A stretch of DNA of 64,000 bases from a virus: positions 22,747 through 86,746 of the IMG/VR virus record IMGVR_UViG_3300021368_000004. One strand, 5' to 3'. Below, in pieces: positions 39,389-48,655 of the stretch. A program made the position numbers and the translations under genes. Numbering within the stretch: position 1 is the first letter of the stretch; the number at the start of each line of letters is the position of its first letter. Under the pieces are notes generated by a model. It made no database searches and was not told where the DNA came from. It saw only the letters and a program-made list of their open reading frames with translations.

Positions 39389-40008
39389 TTCATCATCTCT
39401 CGTATTTTATCTTTGCCTTTTGCTCCAGTCCAGTGAATAATCTTTGGATTTGGTGGTGCTGTATTATCTAGAAGATCAAGTCTTAATGTATTATATATTC
39501 TAGGTAATTCATTAATATGCGTGAGCTCACGTAGAGGATCGCCGCCTAACATCCAATTTAAAACTTCTTGATCTCCAACTTCTTTGTGTTTCTTTTCCCA
39601 TATGATCCGAGCCCATTCACGTAAGACTGCTGGTCTTCCTGTATATGCAACTACACCTGAGTTAAACCATCTACCCCGCTCGGGCCTACGTGTGGACCAT
39701 GGTTGATCAACCGCAATAGTAATCTTACCTTCTTGTACATAATCAAATATGCCATTTAGATTACCACGAATCTCACAATCAGTATCAATCCAACATACTT
39801 TATCTGCCCATTGAGATGCTTCTAGCATAATCTGTGGTTTTTTAAACCAACCATCTAGCTCAGGATAACCTTGATCAAAGTCTACAATGTATAAATCATT
39901 TTCGTCGCCATGATACTTTTCAAAGTTTTCTATAATCCATGGTAACATCCATTTATTTTTCTCATCACAACCAGTTACAAATATATTAGATGATTTCATA
40001 TTCGTCAC
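39385..40008 (-). CDS. GT-A glycosyltransferase (GT8/GT77-like)
   Basis: WFKKP, WIDTD, FNSGV, GDQEVLN, IIHWTG. Confidence 0.8.
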   Translation of the reverse strand: MTNMKSSNIFVTGCDEKNKWMLPWIIENFEKYHGDENDLYIVDFDQGYPELDGWFKKPQIMLEASQWADKVCWIDTDCEIRGNLNGIFDYVQEGKITIAVDQPWSTRRPERGRWFNSGVVAYTGRPAVLREWARIIWEKKHKEVGDQEVLNWMLGGDPLRELTHINELPRIYNTLRLDLLDNTAPPNPKIIHWTGAKGKDKIREMMK

Positions 40009-40630
40009 TCCAGTTATGTTTAGCTAAGCAACCTGCTTCTTTTTGTATTGTAGTAAATGAGTCTTTACATGTGACAGGCCATGGATGATATTCTTCTAAC
40101 CATGGAAACCAATGCTTATTTAAATATACATCAGTCGGTTTTGCATTCTTAATTCCGTTGATGAGTAAGTCAGCTCCTTGTTTATTCAAACGATAAGCAT
40201 GAGCACCAGGAAAATATGGTTTTGATATAAGAGGACCAATGCCTCCATATAGAGGCTGAACCCATTTTCCATACGATGGTTCACCAAGATTTACACAACC
40301 AAAATAAAAGAGTGGATCTGGAATAGGACCTAAAACATATGCATCATGCTCAAAGACTGTGACTTCTATATTTTCTTTTGATGCAATTTCCCAGCAACTA
40401 TAATGTGATAGGAAAGCTGCCATACAATTTTCTAATCGAGAATACTTTTCTACGAATCCCTCTTCAGGAATCCCACGTTCGACAAATGCTTTTTTGATAT
40501 CTGTATTTTCTGGTGTACATGCTGGAAAATGTTCTATTTCTAATCCATGTGCTTTACCAGATAATATGCAACGTTTAGCTGCTTCAACGGACTTCTCGTT
40601 GTCCATAATAGTAATTACATAATTTTTCAT
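39986..40630 (-). CDS. Glycosyltransferase family 25-like
   Basis: YVIT, AFLSHY..W, VFEHDA, GAHAY......A..L, PTD. Confidence 0.75.
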   Translation of the reverse strand: MKNYVITIMDNEKSVEAAKRCILSGKAHGLEIEHFPACTPENTDIKKAFVERGIPEEGFVEKYSRLENCMAAFLSHYSCWEIASKENIEVTVFEHDAYVLGPIPDPLFYFGCVNLGEPSYGKWVQPLYGGIGPLISKPYFPGAHAYRLNKQGADLLINGIKNAKPTDVYLNKHWFPWLEEYHPWPVTCKDSFTTIQKEAGCLAKHNWSDEYEII

Positions 40631-41319
40631 GTTGTAGTGCTGGGTAAACCTTGTACTCTTGTATAGTGATGTTTAGTTACACCCATTCCTCTCACTAGTT
40701 GTTTACACATTATTGCGTCGTTTGGCCAAAGACCATATTTAAATACGGCTGACATGCATCTCTCTGCACCCTCTGGTGTTATTATATATGCTGAGTTTCC
40801 GGCTATGCCTTGTGGTATATTGAACTCATCGATAGATGGTACATTCTGTACAAAGTTAGGATCTAATTCGATTAGTCTCTTAAACTCTCGTGCTTTTCTT
40901 GTAGCTCCGAGTGGATCGTTTATACCAATAATCTGATAATCCCATTCTAAAATTACATCAATAGGAATCTGTTTAATAAAATATGCATCGTGTTCTAATA
41001 TAAGAAATGTTTCTTTTGTCTCAAAGCATTCTGCCCATAATCTAAAATGACTCATAGCACAAGCGATTCTTGCCTTAGGATCTCTACCAACATATGCGCG
41101 CTTTATCAGTCCAGTTGCGAAGTCACTAACTTGGCCTTCCCATGGATAATTCCATGTGATATCAAAATCTACCATTTCTGATTCTGCTGTCCACGGGGTA
41201 GAAGCTTCGAAGTTACCGATAGAAAACTCTTGCTCAGTATCTTTATAGCTTTTTAGTAAACGATTAAATCCTAATTCGGATGTCTCATTACCCGGTATTA
41301 CTATTACTTGGGCTCTCAT
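40627..41319 (-). CDS. Glycosyltransferase family 25-like
   Basis: IACAMSHFRLW, LILEHDA, GNSAYIITPEGA, PND. Confidence 0.8.
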   Translation of the reverse strand: MRAQVIVIPGNETSELGFNRLLKSYKDTEQEFSIGNFEASTPWTAESEMVDFDITWNYPWEGQVSDFATGLIKRAYVGRDPKARIACAMSHFRLWAECFETKETFLILEHDAYFIKQIPIDVILEWDYQIIGINDPLGATRKAREFKRLIELDPNFVQNVPSIDEFNIPQGIAGNSAYIITPEGAERCMSAVFKYGLWPNDAIMCKQLVRGMGVTKHHYTRVQGLPSTTT

Positions 41320-41894
41320 TTTTTCCTTGCAGCGTAGATAGTACAATTTACCCCATGGGTTGTGTTGTAAAACTCATCTACGAATTCTAATCCACCATGT
41401 TTTAATATGTCCATTACTTCTTTTCTGCTTTCAATTTTCAATGGATCACTTGGTCTGGATACATTAATTTTACGATCAGTAGACATTTCCAAAAATGCCC
41501 ATCCGCCTTGTTTTAGTTGATCTCCCCATGTCTTAATACATTTCCATGGGTCGTATGAATGATCAAAAGAATTAGAATATAGAATATCAAAATGATTTAC
41601 CCATTCTTTCTTTTGTTCATGAAAGTCATGTTGTACAGTCATATTGAATTGTGTAGCAGTTTCAGATATTTCTGTACCTATAATTTCTACGTTTTCACCA
41701 TAAATTTGTTGAAAATAATTTTGCTCAGATCCATTGCGTGTACCATGACATATAATTGCTTTAGGATATAAAACTCTTGAAGCAATTTTATCTAATGTAC
41801 TTTTTTGTACCCAAACACTTGCAAGCTTTACTTTGTTAGCTTTTGTTTGTTCATCTACATATTCGTCATAATTTTTATATTCATAAATTTTCAT
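41316..41894 (-). CDS. Putative class I SAM methyltransferase
   Basis: ICHGTRNG, GTEIS, FDILYSNSFDH, LKQGG. Confidence 0.65.
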   Translation of the reverse strand: MKIYEYKNYDEYVDEQTKANKVKLASVWVQKSTLDKIASRVLYPKAIICHGTRNGSEQNYFQQIYGENVEIIGTEISETATQFNMTVQHDFHEQKKEWVNHFDILYSNSFDHSYDPWKCIKTWGDQLKQGGWAFLEMSTDRKINVSRPSDPLKIESRKEVMDILKHGGLEFVDEFYNTTHGVNCTIYAARKK

Positions 41895-42502
41895 TTTACA
41901 TCATTGTATTCAACTGGAATACGTTCCTCTCTTTTAATTACTGTATAACCGACACTATGTGTATAGTGATCAATAATAGTCCATGATTGTTCTACCTCAG
42001 TGATATAATCAACAATTGTTCTTAATATACCTGAATTAGATCCATAATTTGCTGTATCGTGAAATACAATATATTTTTTTACAGATGGTGCATGAAGCCT
42101 TAATTCATTCATTAAATGATTAGGTACGTGTAAACTATCTATATGTAGTAAATCACAATTACTAACTGACCCTTTGTCTATACTAGATTTTACAACATAG
42201 TTATATACTATGCCTTGCTTCTTTGCATATTCTTCAAATAAATGTGCATAAGGTTCATAGTAATCTGGTTGTATATCATAACCAGTTAATTGATACGGAT
42301 TTGCTAACATCATAGCAGCGAGTGTACCGCCTTGACAAACACCTAGCTCTTTTACCATATTTACATCTTCATCTTGTATACAAGTTCTCAATGCTTCATG
42401 ATGTGCAATATATTCTCTGCCGTGTGCAAGTGCTTGTTTTTCAGAAATCTCTTTATAAAATTGTTCAAGGGTTTCACAATGTGTTAAGTCTGGTCTAATC
42501 AT
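41891..42502 (-). CDS. Methyltransferase (Methyltransf_24-like)
   Basis: ELGV.QG, GYDI, DLLHIDSLH, YIVFHDT. Confidence 0.75.
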   Translation of the reverse strand: MIRPDLTHCETLEQFYKEISEKQALAHGREYIAHHEALRTCIQDEDVNMVKELGVCQGGTLAAMMLANPYQLTGYDIQPDYYEPYAHLFEEYAKKQGIVYNYVVKSSIDKGSVSNCDLLHIDSLHVPNHLMNELRLHAPSVKKYIVFHDTANYGSNSGILRTIVDYITEVEQSWTIIDHYTHSVGYTVIKREERIPVEYNDVK

Positions 42503-42611
42503 CTTTCATTCTCTTCATAGCTTTACGAATTCCATACCAAAACCATATCTTCCAAAATATTTTAGCCCATGGATCTGTATACATTATATAATGCTGAATC
42601 TTTTTTATCAT
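42495..42611 (-). CDS. Small Trp-rich protein, 38 aa (MIKKIQHYIMYTDPWAKIFWKIWFWYGIRK...)
   Basis: Start overlaps the upstream stop; fills the gap; absent from the ORF track. Confidence 0.45.
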   Translation of the reverse strand: MIKKIQHYIMYTDPWAKIFWKIWFWYGIRKAMKRMKDD

Positions 42612-43393
42612 TATATCATATTCATTAGGTCTTGTACATTCTCTCCGCGATTAGGTAATTTATCTTTGAGAAAGAAATGTACAAAATTGCATTCTTTAAT
42701 ATTCGTATTTGCTGTAAACAATCCATTCCATTTCCAGTCTAAATTGTTTACAAGCATTCGTTCTTTCTTTACCCAATAATTAAGTAAAGTCTGGTCTGTT
42801 GACCATTTCCATGGTCCCATGCCATCAACAAAAGCTTTAAACTCTGGTCGACGGATAAATTGTTCGGGTGTTTGACCTCGCAGATATTTACTAATAGATT
42901 TATTGATAACCATCATACCCATATTGTAAAAGTCTGCACCTAAATTATTCCAATCGAATAATTCAGATATTCTGTTATGTGCATATTGCATTCTACTATA
43001 GTTGTGAATCTTTGCCTGATATTCAGGCGTGATTGCCATAGTTCGTTCTATAACTCCAGCAAAATCACAATCAGTGCCACTAGCGCTAAAAACACATTCG
43101 TCACAATCAGGCCGTATAAAAATATCAGCGTCAATAATAGCAATTTGATCGTACGAATCGAGGTAAGCGAAAGCATTTTCTTTTTCATAGATTGGAAGGA
43201 ATCCACCATATTTTTCATATGACTCTCTACTCCTATTTGTTGTAAAAATATCCGGCGCAATGCATAGAATAGGCTCACGTTGAATTAGATAATGTGCGCC
43301 TATTCTATCTGCATATTCTTTCACACTTTGTGTACAGTGATCATATAAAGCTGATCGCTTGCCGGTGTACACTTGGTAAATCAATCTTTTCAT
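42611..43393 (-). CDS. GT-A glycosyltransferase (GT8/GT34-like)
   Basis: YA.RIGA, IIDADI, YNMGMM, TDQTLLN, WN, FVHF. Confidence 0.8.
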   Translation of the reverse strand: MKRLIYQVYTGKRSALYDHCTQSVKEYADRIGAHYLIQREPILCIAPDIFTTNRSRESYEKYGGFLPIYEKENAFAYLDSYDQIAIIDADIFIRPDCDECVFSASGTDCDFAGVIERTMAITPEYQAKIHNYSRMQYAHNRISELFDWNNLGADFYNMGMMVINKSISKYLRGQTPEQFIRRPEFKAFVDGMGPWKWSTDQTLLNYWVKKERMLVNNLDWKWNGLFTANTNIKECNFVHFFLKDKLPNRGENVQDLMNMI

Positions 43394-43407
43394 AATAATA
43401 CTTATCT

Positions 43408-43824
43408 TTATTTTTTATCGGTTGGCTTATCTTTCTTGGCGTAAGCTTGTGCACCAAAGAATGCCGCTACTAAACCGGCAATTGCCACAAAATATGTGGG
43501 TGCGATGTTACTAATAAGCTGGGCCGCTGTTTCTTGACCTAAGAATGATGTAACAAGGATTACTACTGGATATAGTAGCATTCCCCAAAGAGCAAACCAT
43601 GCCATGGCACGTATCTGATCTTCTTTTGCATCTTCATTCTCAAATCTTACTTTTTCTTGTTCGAGCCTCATCATCTCTTCAGCTTGCTTCATCTCTTCAT
43701 CAGTAATTACGCCATCACCATCTGTATCAAATTGTGCGTAAATTGAATCGGATTGAAGTACCTTTTCTTTTTTATTTGGCTTCACCTTTTGCTCGACGCC
43801 GAACTTGTTCTTTTTCGTCGCCAT
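43408..43824 (-). CDS. EF-hand-containing membrane protein (holin-like)
   Basis: DTDGDGVITDEE canonical EF loop; two TM helices; basic C-terminus. Confidence 0.55.
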   Translation of the reverse strand: MATKKNKFGVEQKVKPNKKEKVLQSDSIYAQFDTDGDGVITDEEMKQAEEMMRLEQEKVRFENEDAKEDQIRAMAWFALWGMLLYPVVILVTSFLGQETAAQLISNIAPTYFVAIAGLVAAFFGAQAYAKKDKPTDKK

Positions 43825-43999
43825 AAACTTCTCCCAGTATTTGTTTTGATAGTTCCATCACGGGTTTATAATTTTTACGGAACCTATTTTTCTTATAGCC
43901 TTCTTCTACGAAGTACTCGATGTTATTTATAGTACCATTAAGGTCTGGCAAATTAAAGCCACGGCCTTTCTGCACTAGTTCCTCCCATTGGCTTCTCAT
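43772..43999 (-). CDS. Hypothetical protein
   Basis: ORF in operon. Confidence 0.55.
   Translation of the reverse strand: MRSQWEELVQKGRGFNLPDLNGTINNIEYFVEEGYKKNRFRKNYKPVMELSKQILGEVYGDEKEQVRRRAKGEAK
43924..43931 (-). promoter_or_regulatory. T4-type late promoter TATAAATA
   Basis: Exact match 100 nt upstream of the EF-hand membrane gene and GT cluster. Confidence 0.55.
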
Positions 44000-44279
44000 A
44001 TTCAGGACTGTAAAGAAATTCATGTGTGTATTTTCCTTTCACTAAACGGATATCTTTTGTTGTTTTCCAGTATAACCAACTCATCATACAATGATCTCTA
44101 TCAAAGAATATAACCATGTCAATTAGCCATACGCAATTTGATTGACCATCTCTTTTCCTCTCATACTGGCGAGCAGAAAAAGTTTGATTAGATGCACCAC
44201 CTAAAATTACATTAAACAATACAGAAAGTGCAATTCCAATTCTTTTAAAATATTTACGCAGGAGCGGTACGTACCTCAT
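43953..44279 (-). CDS. Hypothetical protein (NVILGG..NQTFSAR...DHC motif)
   Basis: Recognisable phage motif; ATG overlaps the exonuclease end. Confidence 0.6.
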   Translation of the reverse strand: MRYVPLLRKYFKRIGIALSVLFNVILGGASNQTFSARQYERKRDGQSNCVWLIDMVIFFDRDHCMMSWLYWKTTKDIRLVKGKYTHEFLYSPEYEKPMGGTSAERPWL

Positions 44280-44931
44280 GACGGTACGCTTCGATTGCTT
44301 TGAGTAAATCATCAGTCCAATTATCCCTATGTTCTTTGAACAACAACGGACGTTCGTTATCAACATCCATAATCGTTACTAGGTTCACTATAGGCATACC
44401 TGTTCTTTCTTCCCACATAATTGCATAAGCAGCTTCTTGCATAAAGTAATTTGTGATTTTATCTTTTGTCTTTATCCTCTTAGAAGTTTTAAAGTCAATA
44501 ATAGATGGTACGCCATCAAATACTCCAACACAATCGACGCGTCCAGCTACACCTAAATGTTTAGAATATAATGGACACTCTTGTTCATATATTTTGTCGA
44601 TTCTGTGGAGATAAGGTTTGAGGTTCTCCAAAGATGCTAAGATATCTGGAGTCCATTTTTTAGGATCATGTTCATTATCTAGGTACTGTTCAACTATCTC
44701 GTGTACTTTAGTGCCACGTGTAGATGCTCGGTAAGAAACCTTATTGGCCTCTTCTTCGCCTACTCTTTCTCTCCAGGCTCTGATTGCATCGCGAGAAAGT
44801 AAGCTAAGCACAGTGGTGATACTTGGATATCTACTACCATCCGGGGCTTTATAAACACGACCGGAGTCGGTTGTGTCTGCGTCGAGATTGTCATATCCTA
44901 GATCTATCTTTTCGTGTATAAATTGTTTCAT
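44254..44931 (-). CDS. PD-(D/E)XK exonuclease
   Basis: YPSITTVL, RGT.VH, AGRVDC, IIDFKTS, Q..AYA. Confidence 0.9.
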   Translation of the reverse strand: MKQFIHEKIDLGYDNLDADTTDSGRVYKAPDGSRYPSITTVLSLLSRDAIRAWRERVGEEEANKVSYRASTRGTKVHEIVEQYLDNEHDPKKWTPDILASLENLKPYLHRIDKIYEQECPLYSKHLGVAGRVDCVGVFDGVPSIIDFKTSKRIKTKDKITNYFMQEAAYAIMWEERTGMPIVNLVTIMDVDNERPLLFKEHRDNWTDDLLKAIEAYRHEVRTAPA

Positions 44932-45064
44932 CTTCTTTCACATCATTCATAATCTTATCATACTCTTTTTCAGAAAATTTTATCTTAGGTTCGTTACTCA
45001 GATAATTATTCTTGTTTCGACCTTTCTTTTTATTACGCGGGTCGAACCGAGCATATTTAGCCAT
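44891..45064 (-). CDS. Small basic protein, 57 aa (MAKYARFDPRNKKKGRNK...)
   Basis: AGGA SD; fills the gap between phoH and the exonuclease; absent from the ORF track. Confidence 0.55.
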   Translation of the reverse strand: MAKYARFDPRNKKKGRNKNNYLSNEPKIKFSEKEYDKIMNDVKEDETIYTRKDRSRI

Positions 45065-45068
45065 GACA

Positions 45069-45764
45069 TTATCCTTTTCTCATGTACATTTCTTTTGCCA
45101 TTATATAATCACGGACAACTCCGGATCTTACAATATCTTCCCATCCAAATTCAACATGGGTAAAGTCTTTGAGTTGTTCCGCAATCTGTATAAAATTTAT
45201 CAGTCCGTTTTTTTCATCATCATATTTAAAGTCGGATTGATGATAATCTCCACAAAAAATAATCTTACAGTTTCTACCAATACGTGTTATAACTGAATCT
45301 AGTTCGTGAAAGTTTAGATTCTGCATTTCATCAACAACAATAATTGTATCATTGAATGTTACGCCACGTATGAATGAAGTTGATTCGAAGTTAAGAAGTT
45401 TTTGTTGTTCAAGTTTGAACCATGCTTCTTTATCGTTGAAAAGCTCTTGTAAGATACTTTTGTATGGCGAGGTATAGGCTTCCTCCTTTTCGTTTTTAGA
45501 TCCTGGCAAGTAACCGATTTCACGTGTCGGCACTATAGATCTAACTAGTGTTACATTATCATATACGGTTTCTCGATCTAGCACCTCTTCTAAAGCAAGG
45601 TGTAAACCAAGAAAAGTTTTGCCGGTTCCTGGTGAACCTGACATGATAATGTTGTCTCCGTCATCCCACGCATTACACACTTCTTCTTGCGCTGGAGTCA
45701 TCGGCTCTAGTGGAAACAAATTTTCAAGTTTTACCATAGAGCTCTTAGTAGTTCTTCTAGACAT
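45069..45764 (-). CDS. phoH: PhoH-like ATPase
   Basis: GSPGTGKT, IGYLPG, SFIRG.T, VDEMQN, ITRIG, GD..QSD, DIVRSG. Confidence 0.95.
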   Translation of the reverse strand: MSRRTTKSSMVKLENLFPLEPMTPAQEEVCNAWDDGDNIIMSGSPGTGKTFLGLHLALEEVLDRETVYDNVTLVRSIVPTREIGYLPGSKNEKEEAYTSPYKSILQELFNDKEAWFKLEQQKLLNFESTSFIRGVTFNDTIIVVDEMQNLNFHELDSVITRIGRNCKIIFCGDYHQSDFKYDDEKNGLINFIQIAEQLKDFTHVEFGWEDIVRSGVVRDYIMAKEMYMRKG

Positions 45765-45993
45765 TAATGTTGTTACGCCGACCGCTGTTTTTCTTTACTT
45801 CTTTCAACACATCTCTCCAACCTTCACCGGCTTTTGAAATATTTGATTGACCTGCATTAGCCGCAATCTTTATTGGTTTTATTACATGTCTTAATTTTCT
45901 ATCTTTGTTCAAAGTAATTTTAAGCTGCTCATAACTCATGTTGACTTCCCAAGTCTCTTGAGTCTCTTTATTTTCTAGCGTATAGATCGGCAT
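45757..45993 (-). CDS. FmdB-like small protein
   Basis: MPIY...N.ET; GW.DVL..VKK; upstream of phoH as in T4-like phages. Confidence 0.65.
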   Translation of the reverse strand: MPIYTLENKETQETWEVNMSYEQLKITLNKDRKLRHVIKPIKIAANAGQSNISKAGEGWRDVLKEVKKNSGRRNNINV

Positions 45994-46022
45994 AATATTT
46001 CCCTATAAAAAAATATATATAA

Positions 46023-46577
46023 TTACGCTACGTTGAACCATTCAGGTACATCACGCTTTGTCCATACCATTTTGAATCTATCTTGTTTTGTTTGATAGTA
46101 TTCTCTGTATGACCTGATCGTTTGACCTTCGTGCATGCATTGTGGTTCATGCGTCATAGCAAGTTTAAAATCTGTAAATGGTACTTGCGGAATATTTTTT
46201 GGAGGCTTGACTAGCCAAAACTTTAGTCTCTCTGTACTATGTGATTTACCATAACGATAAGTATACTCGTCTAGCAATGCACAAAAATGATCGTAATGCC
46301 AACGATAATTGTAAACTGATTCCATAGTCCATACAGTACATGGATGTCCATGATGTACGGCTTTGTAGAGTACATCTTCCATCTCTTGTCGTGGATGTAC
46401 CCAGTAATTAATCATTCTCTTACCAGATTTTGACGGACGTTTTTCGACGTAACCATCCAGCATCCGATGAGCTGTTGATAACATTTGAGCTGACTCTACA
46501 ATCATTTTGACAACGTGCTTGTCGCATTGTAATTGAGCAGCAATCTTGGGGTTATGGTCTAACACAAAAATATTCAT
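46023..46577 (-). CDS. denV: Pyrimidine dimer DNA glycosylase (DenV-related family)
   Basis: MNIF.LD, DKHVVKMIVESAQML, HPCT.W, EY..RYGK.H, YR.YY. Confidence 0.75.
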   Translation of the reverse strand: MNIFVLDHNPKIAAQLQCDKHVVKMIVESAQMLSTAHRMLDGYVEKRPSKSGKRMINYWVHPRQEMEDVLYKAVHHGHPCTVWTMESVYNYRWHYDHFCALLDEYTYRYGKSHSTERLKFWLVKPPKNIPQVPFTDFKLAMTHEPQCMHEGQTIRSYREYYQTKQDRFKMVWTKRDVPEWFNVA

Positions 46578-46608
46578 AGTATACTCCTCCGCTTCATAGC
46601 GATAATTT

Positions 46609-46637
46609 ATTATACACAGATTTGGCGGAGAAGTACA
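46609..46637 (-). promoter_or_regulatory. Early promoter TGTACT-17-TATAAT embedded in an anti-SD stem (46579-46638)
   Basis: Consensus match; 14-bp complementarity to the SD region. Confidence 0.7.
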
Positions 46638-46651
46638 CAGTTAATTTCCTC

Positions 46652-46813
46652 CTAACCTACTTTTTTTAGTTCAGCAATGTGGTAATCTAAAAAGTCTTTA
46701 CGTTTCCTAACCTTGTTGGCAATGTCATGTTTGCCTTTGTTAACCAGTTTATGTACATAATTTTCTAACTCTCGTGAATCCCTCTTCAATCTTTCGATCT
46801 TTGCTGATATCAT
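46652..46813 (-). CDS. Small basic protein
   Basis: AGGAG SD before MISAK. Confidence 0.6.
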   Translation of the reverse strand: MISAKIERLKRDSRELENYVHKLVNKGKHDIANKVRKRKDFLDYHIAELKKVG

Positions 46814-46832
46814 ACTTGTCTTTCTCCTAAGT

Positions 46833-46864
46833 AAAAAAACCACCGAAGCCGGAGCTCAGTGGTT
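46833..46864 (-). terminator. Rho-independent terminator
   Basis: ACCACTGAGC-TCCG-GCTTCGGTGG followed by T7. Confidence 0.7.
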
Positions 46865-46894
46865 CAATTTAGTTTGTTAGAATGAATCGCCGCA

Positions 46895-47314
46895 TTAGCC
46901 TTCGTCCTGTAATAATCCTGGAAAAGCCTCATCGATAACCGGTCGACTAATACCCTCAGGTTTTTCTTTACTTACCATTGAAATGACCAATTTGGCATCT
47001 TCGGGGTGAATACCTTCTAAAAGCTGAATAAATCGTTTCTCTCGTTCGAAATTTTTTAGGTTGTCGCCTGGACCTCCTTTTACGAACCATCGAAAATCTT
47101 TATTTCTTTTTTGAAGGTTGGTCGGTGCGCTTTCAGCCGGTGAAGGAGTATATGGAGGTGCTCCTGCCGGTACATTAAAAGCAATAGTAGTGTCAGTCGA
47201 TCCAAGCAAGATATCTTTCAAAGCCCACGATTCGTTGTCTCTTAGAACTTTAATTTTGTCAGCCTTTGCTCGTTTCTTACGTGCTTCTTCTAACACTTCA
47301 TAAACAAGTTTCAT
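46895..47314 (-). CDS. Conserved T4-like hypothetical protein (downstream of rnh)
   Basis: P.G.PPY, RE..FIQLLEG.HP.DA, AFP.LL. Confidence 0.75.
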   Translation of the reverse strand: MKLVYEVLEEARKKRAKADKIKVLRDNESWALKDILLGSTDTTIAFNVPAGAPPYTPSPAESAPTNLQKRNKDFRWFVKGGPGDNLKNFEREKRFIQLLEGIHPEDAKLVISMVSKEKPEGISRPVIDEAFPGLLQDEG

Positions 47315-48156
47315 TAAATAAATTCTCCTACACATTCAATCAATAATTTACATCGTTTTTGAACTAGATAAGGAAACACTTTAGGCCTATTGCCCCATGG
47401 ATCCTGCTGTTCAAAATTATTTATAATACTTTCTTTTACAGACTCTGGACAATTTGTCAGATCTATAAGTTGCTGATTCCTCTGATAATTGCGGTATATT
47501 TCATCACCAAGAGCGCGTGGATCATCCAGTAATGCCGCTTTCTTTTTGGCGGATAATATACCTTGTCTTCTGCCGTCTACAAAAACATTATCATCAGATA
47601 ATACATTTGGTATACCATCACCCGCATCACCTTTGAGAATATGCTCAGCAAGATACGTACGAGGATTAGGTTCTACTACAAGTTTTTTTGTCATAGGTGA
47701 AAACTGCTTGACATTCTTATGTACTTGTAATTGTTTGAAGTCACCATCTGCTGAGACAATCATAACAGGTTCGTATTTACCGAACTCTTGTGTCTCGAGT
47801 GCTAACTGTGCAATCACATCATCAGCTTCACATCCATTTTCGTGCATAACTTTATAAGGAAAGTTATCTTGTATCTCTTCACGTACCATATTAATAATAC
47901 GAAATACTTCATTCCAATCAGTACTAGATTCTTGACGTTTCTTTTTACGCAAAGCTTTGTATTGTGGAAAAACCTTTTTACGCCAATTGTCTGTACCATC
48001 AGCTATAATAACCATTTCACCATATTCTTTGTGAAATCTTTTCCGATACATACGAATTGAATTAAGTATCATATGGCGGATCAGACCTTCGTCTGCCGCC
48101 AATCTTTGTACAGCTACATTGCCTATAGCAATAGCATTATAATCTAATAGTATCAT
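47314..48156 (-). CDS. rnh: T4-type RNase H (5'-3' exonuclease)
   Basis: WRK..FPQYK..R, EADD.I, IVS.DGDF.QL, GD.GDGIPN. Confidence 0.95.
   Translation of the reverse strand: MILLDYNAIAIGNVAVQRLAADEGLIRHMILNSIRMYRKRFHKEYGEMVIIADGTDNWRKKVFPQYKALRKKKRQESSTDWNEVFRIINMVREEIQDNFPYKVMHENGCEADDVIAQLALETQEFGKYEPVMIVSADGDFKQLQVHKNVKQFSPMTKKLVVEPNPRTYLAEHILKGDAGDGIPNVLSDDNVFVDGRRQGILSAKKKAALLDDPRALGDEIYRNYQRNQQLIDLTNCPESVKESIINNFEQQDPWGNRPKVFPYLVQKRCKLLIECVGEFI
47418..47425 (-). promoter_or_regulatory. T4-type late promoter TATAAATA inside rnh
   Basis: Exact match about 100 nt upstream of the next gene. Confidence 0.45.
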
Positions 48157-48462
48157 CTACCATTCCTTAAAGTCCTGTTCGACATTCTGATTGTAAGAAA
48201 ATCCTGCATGATATGCATCTATTTCTTCTTCACTCATTTGTGCTTCGTTAACACGATCTGAAGTACCAGTATTACCAACATAAAAATGAGGGTCTCTACC
48301 GCTACGATAGTAACTATCAGCCATTCCACGATCGAATGGACCACCGTGGCGCCGATCTCTCGAACCAATGTTAGTGTCGTAGAGTTTTCCACCATAATAA
48401 TATGTTCCTTCTATAGGGGGATGGACTGTGATAAATCCATCATCTTCAATAACTGGTGACAT
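48157..48462 (-). CDS. Hypothetical protein (RHGGPFDRG.ADSYY.R...PH)
   Basis: GGAGG SD; recognisable phage early-gene motif. Confidence 0.7.
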   Translation of the reverse strand: MSPVIEDDGFITVHPPIEGTYYYGGKLYDTNIGSRDRRHGGPFDRGMADSYYRSGRDPHFYVGNTGTSDRVNEAQMSEEEIDAYHAGFSYNQNVEQDFKEW

Positions 48463-48653
48463 TACGCGACCTCCTTGTTTGCCCATGCTTCTTCTATTTT
48501 TTTCGTCGAGACCATAGAATATTTTAGATTTCCATCTACGTCTCGTTCAGTCCAGAGGTTCGAATGCTTTGCATCCGCCTCGAAAGGACAATTGAAAACT
48601 TCTTGGTAAAAACCACCACGAGCATTTGTTGCTCTAACTCTCCATACACCCAT
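48462..48653 (-). CDS. Hypothetical protein
   Basis: Packed ORF with GGAG SD. Confidence 0.55.
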   Translation of the reverse strand: MGVWRVRATNARGGFYQEVFNCPFEADAKHSNLWTERDVDGNLKYSMVSTKKIEEAWANKEVA

Positions 48654-48655
48654 AA

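Noticed and set aside
44254-44931. Exonuclease as Cas4 / CRISPR system
   Set aside because: No Fe-S cysteine cluster, no other cas genes and no repeat-spacer array seen in the window
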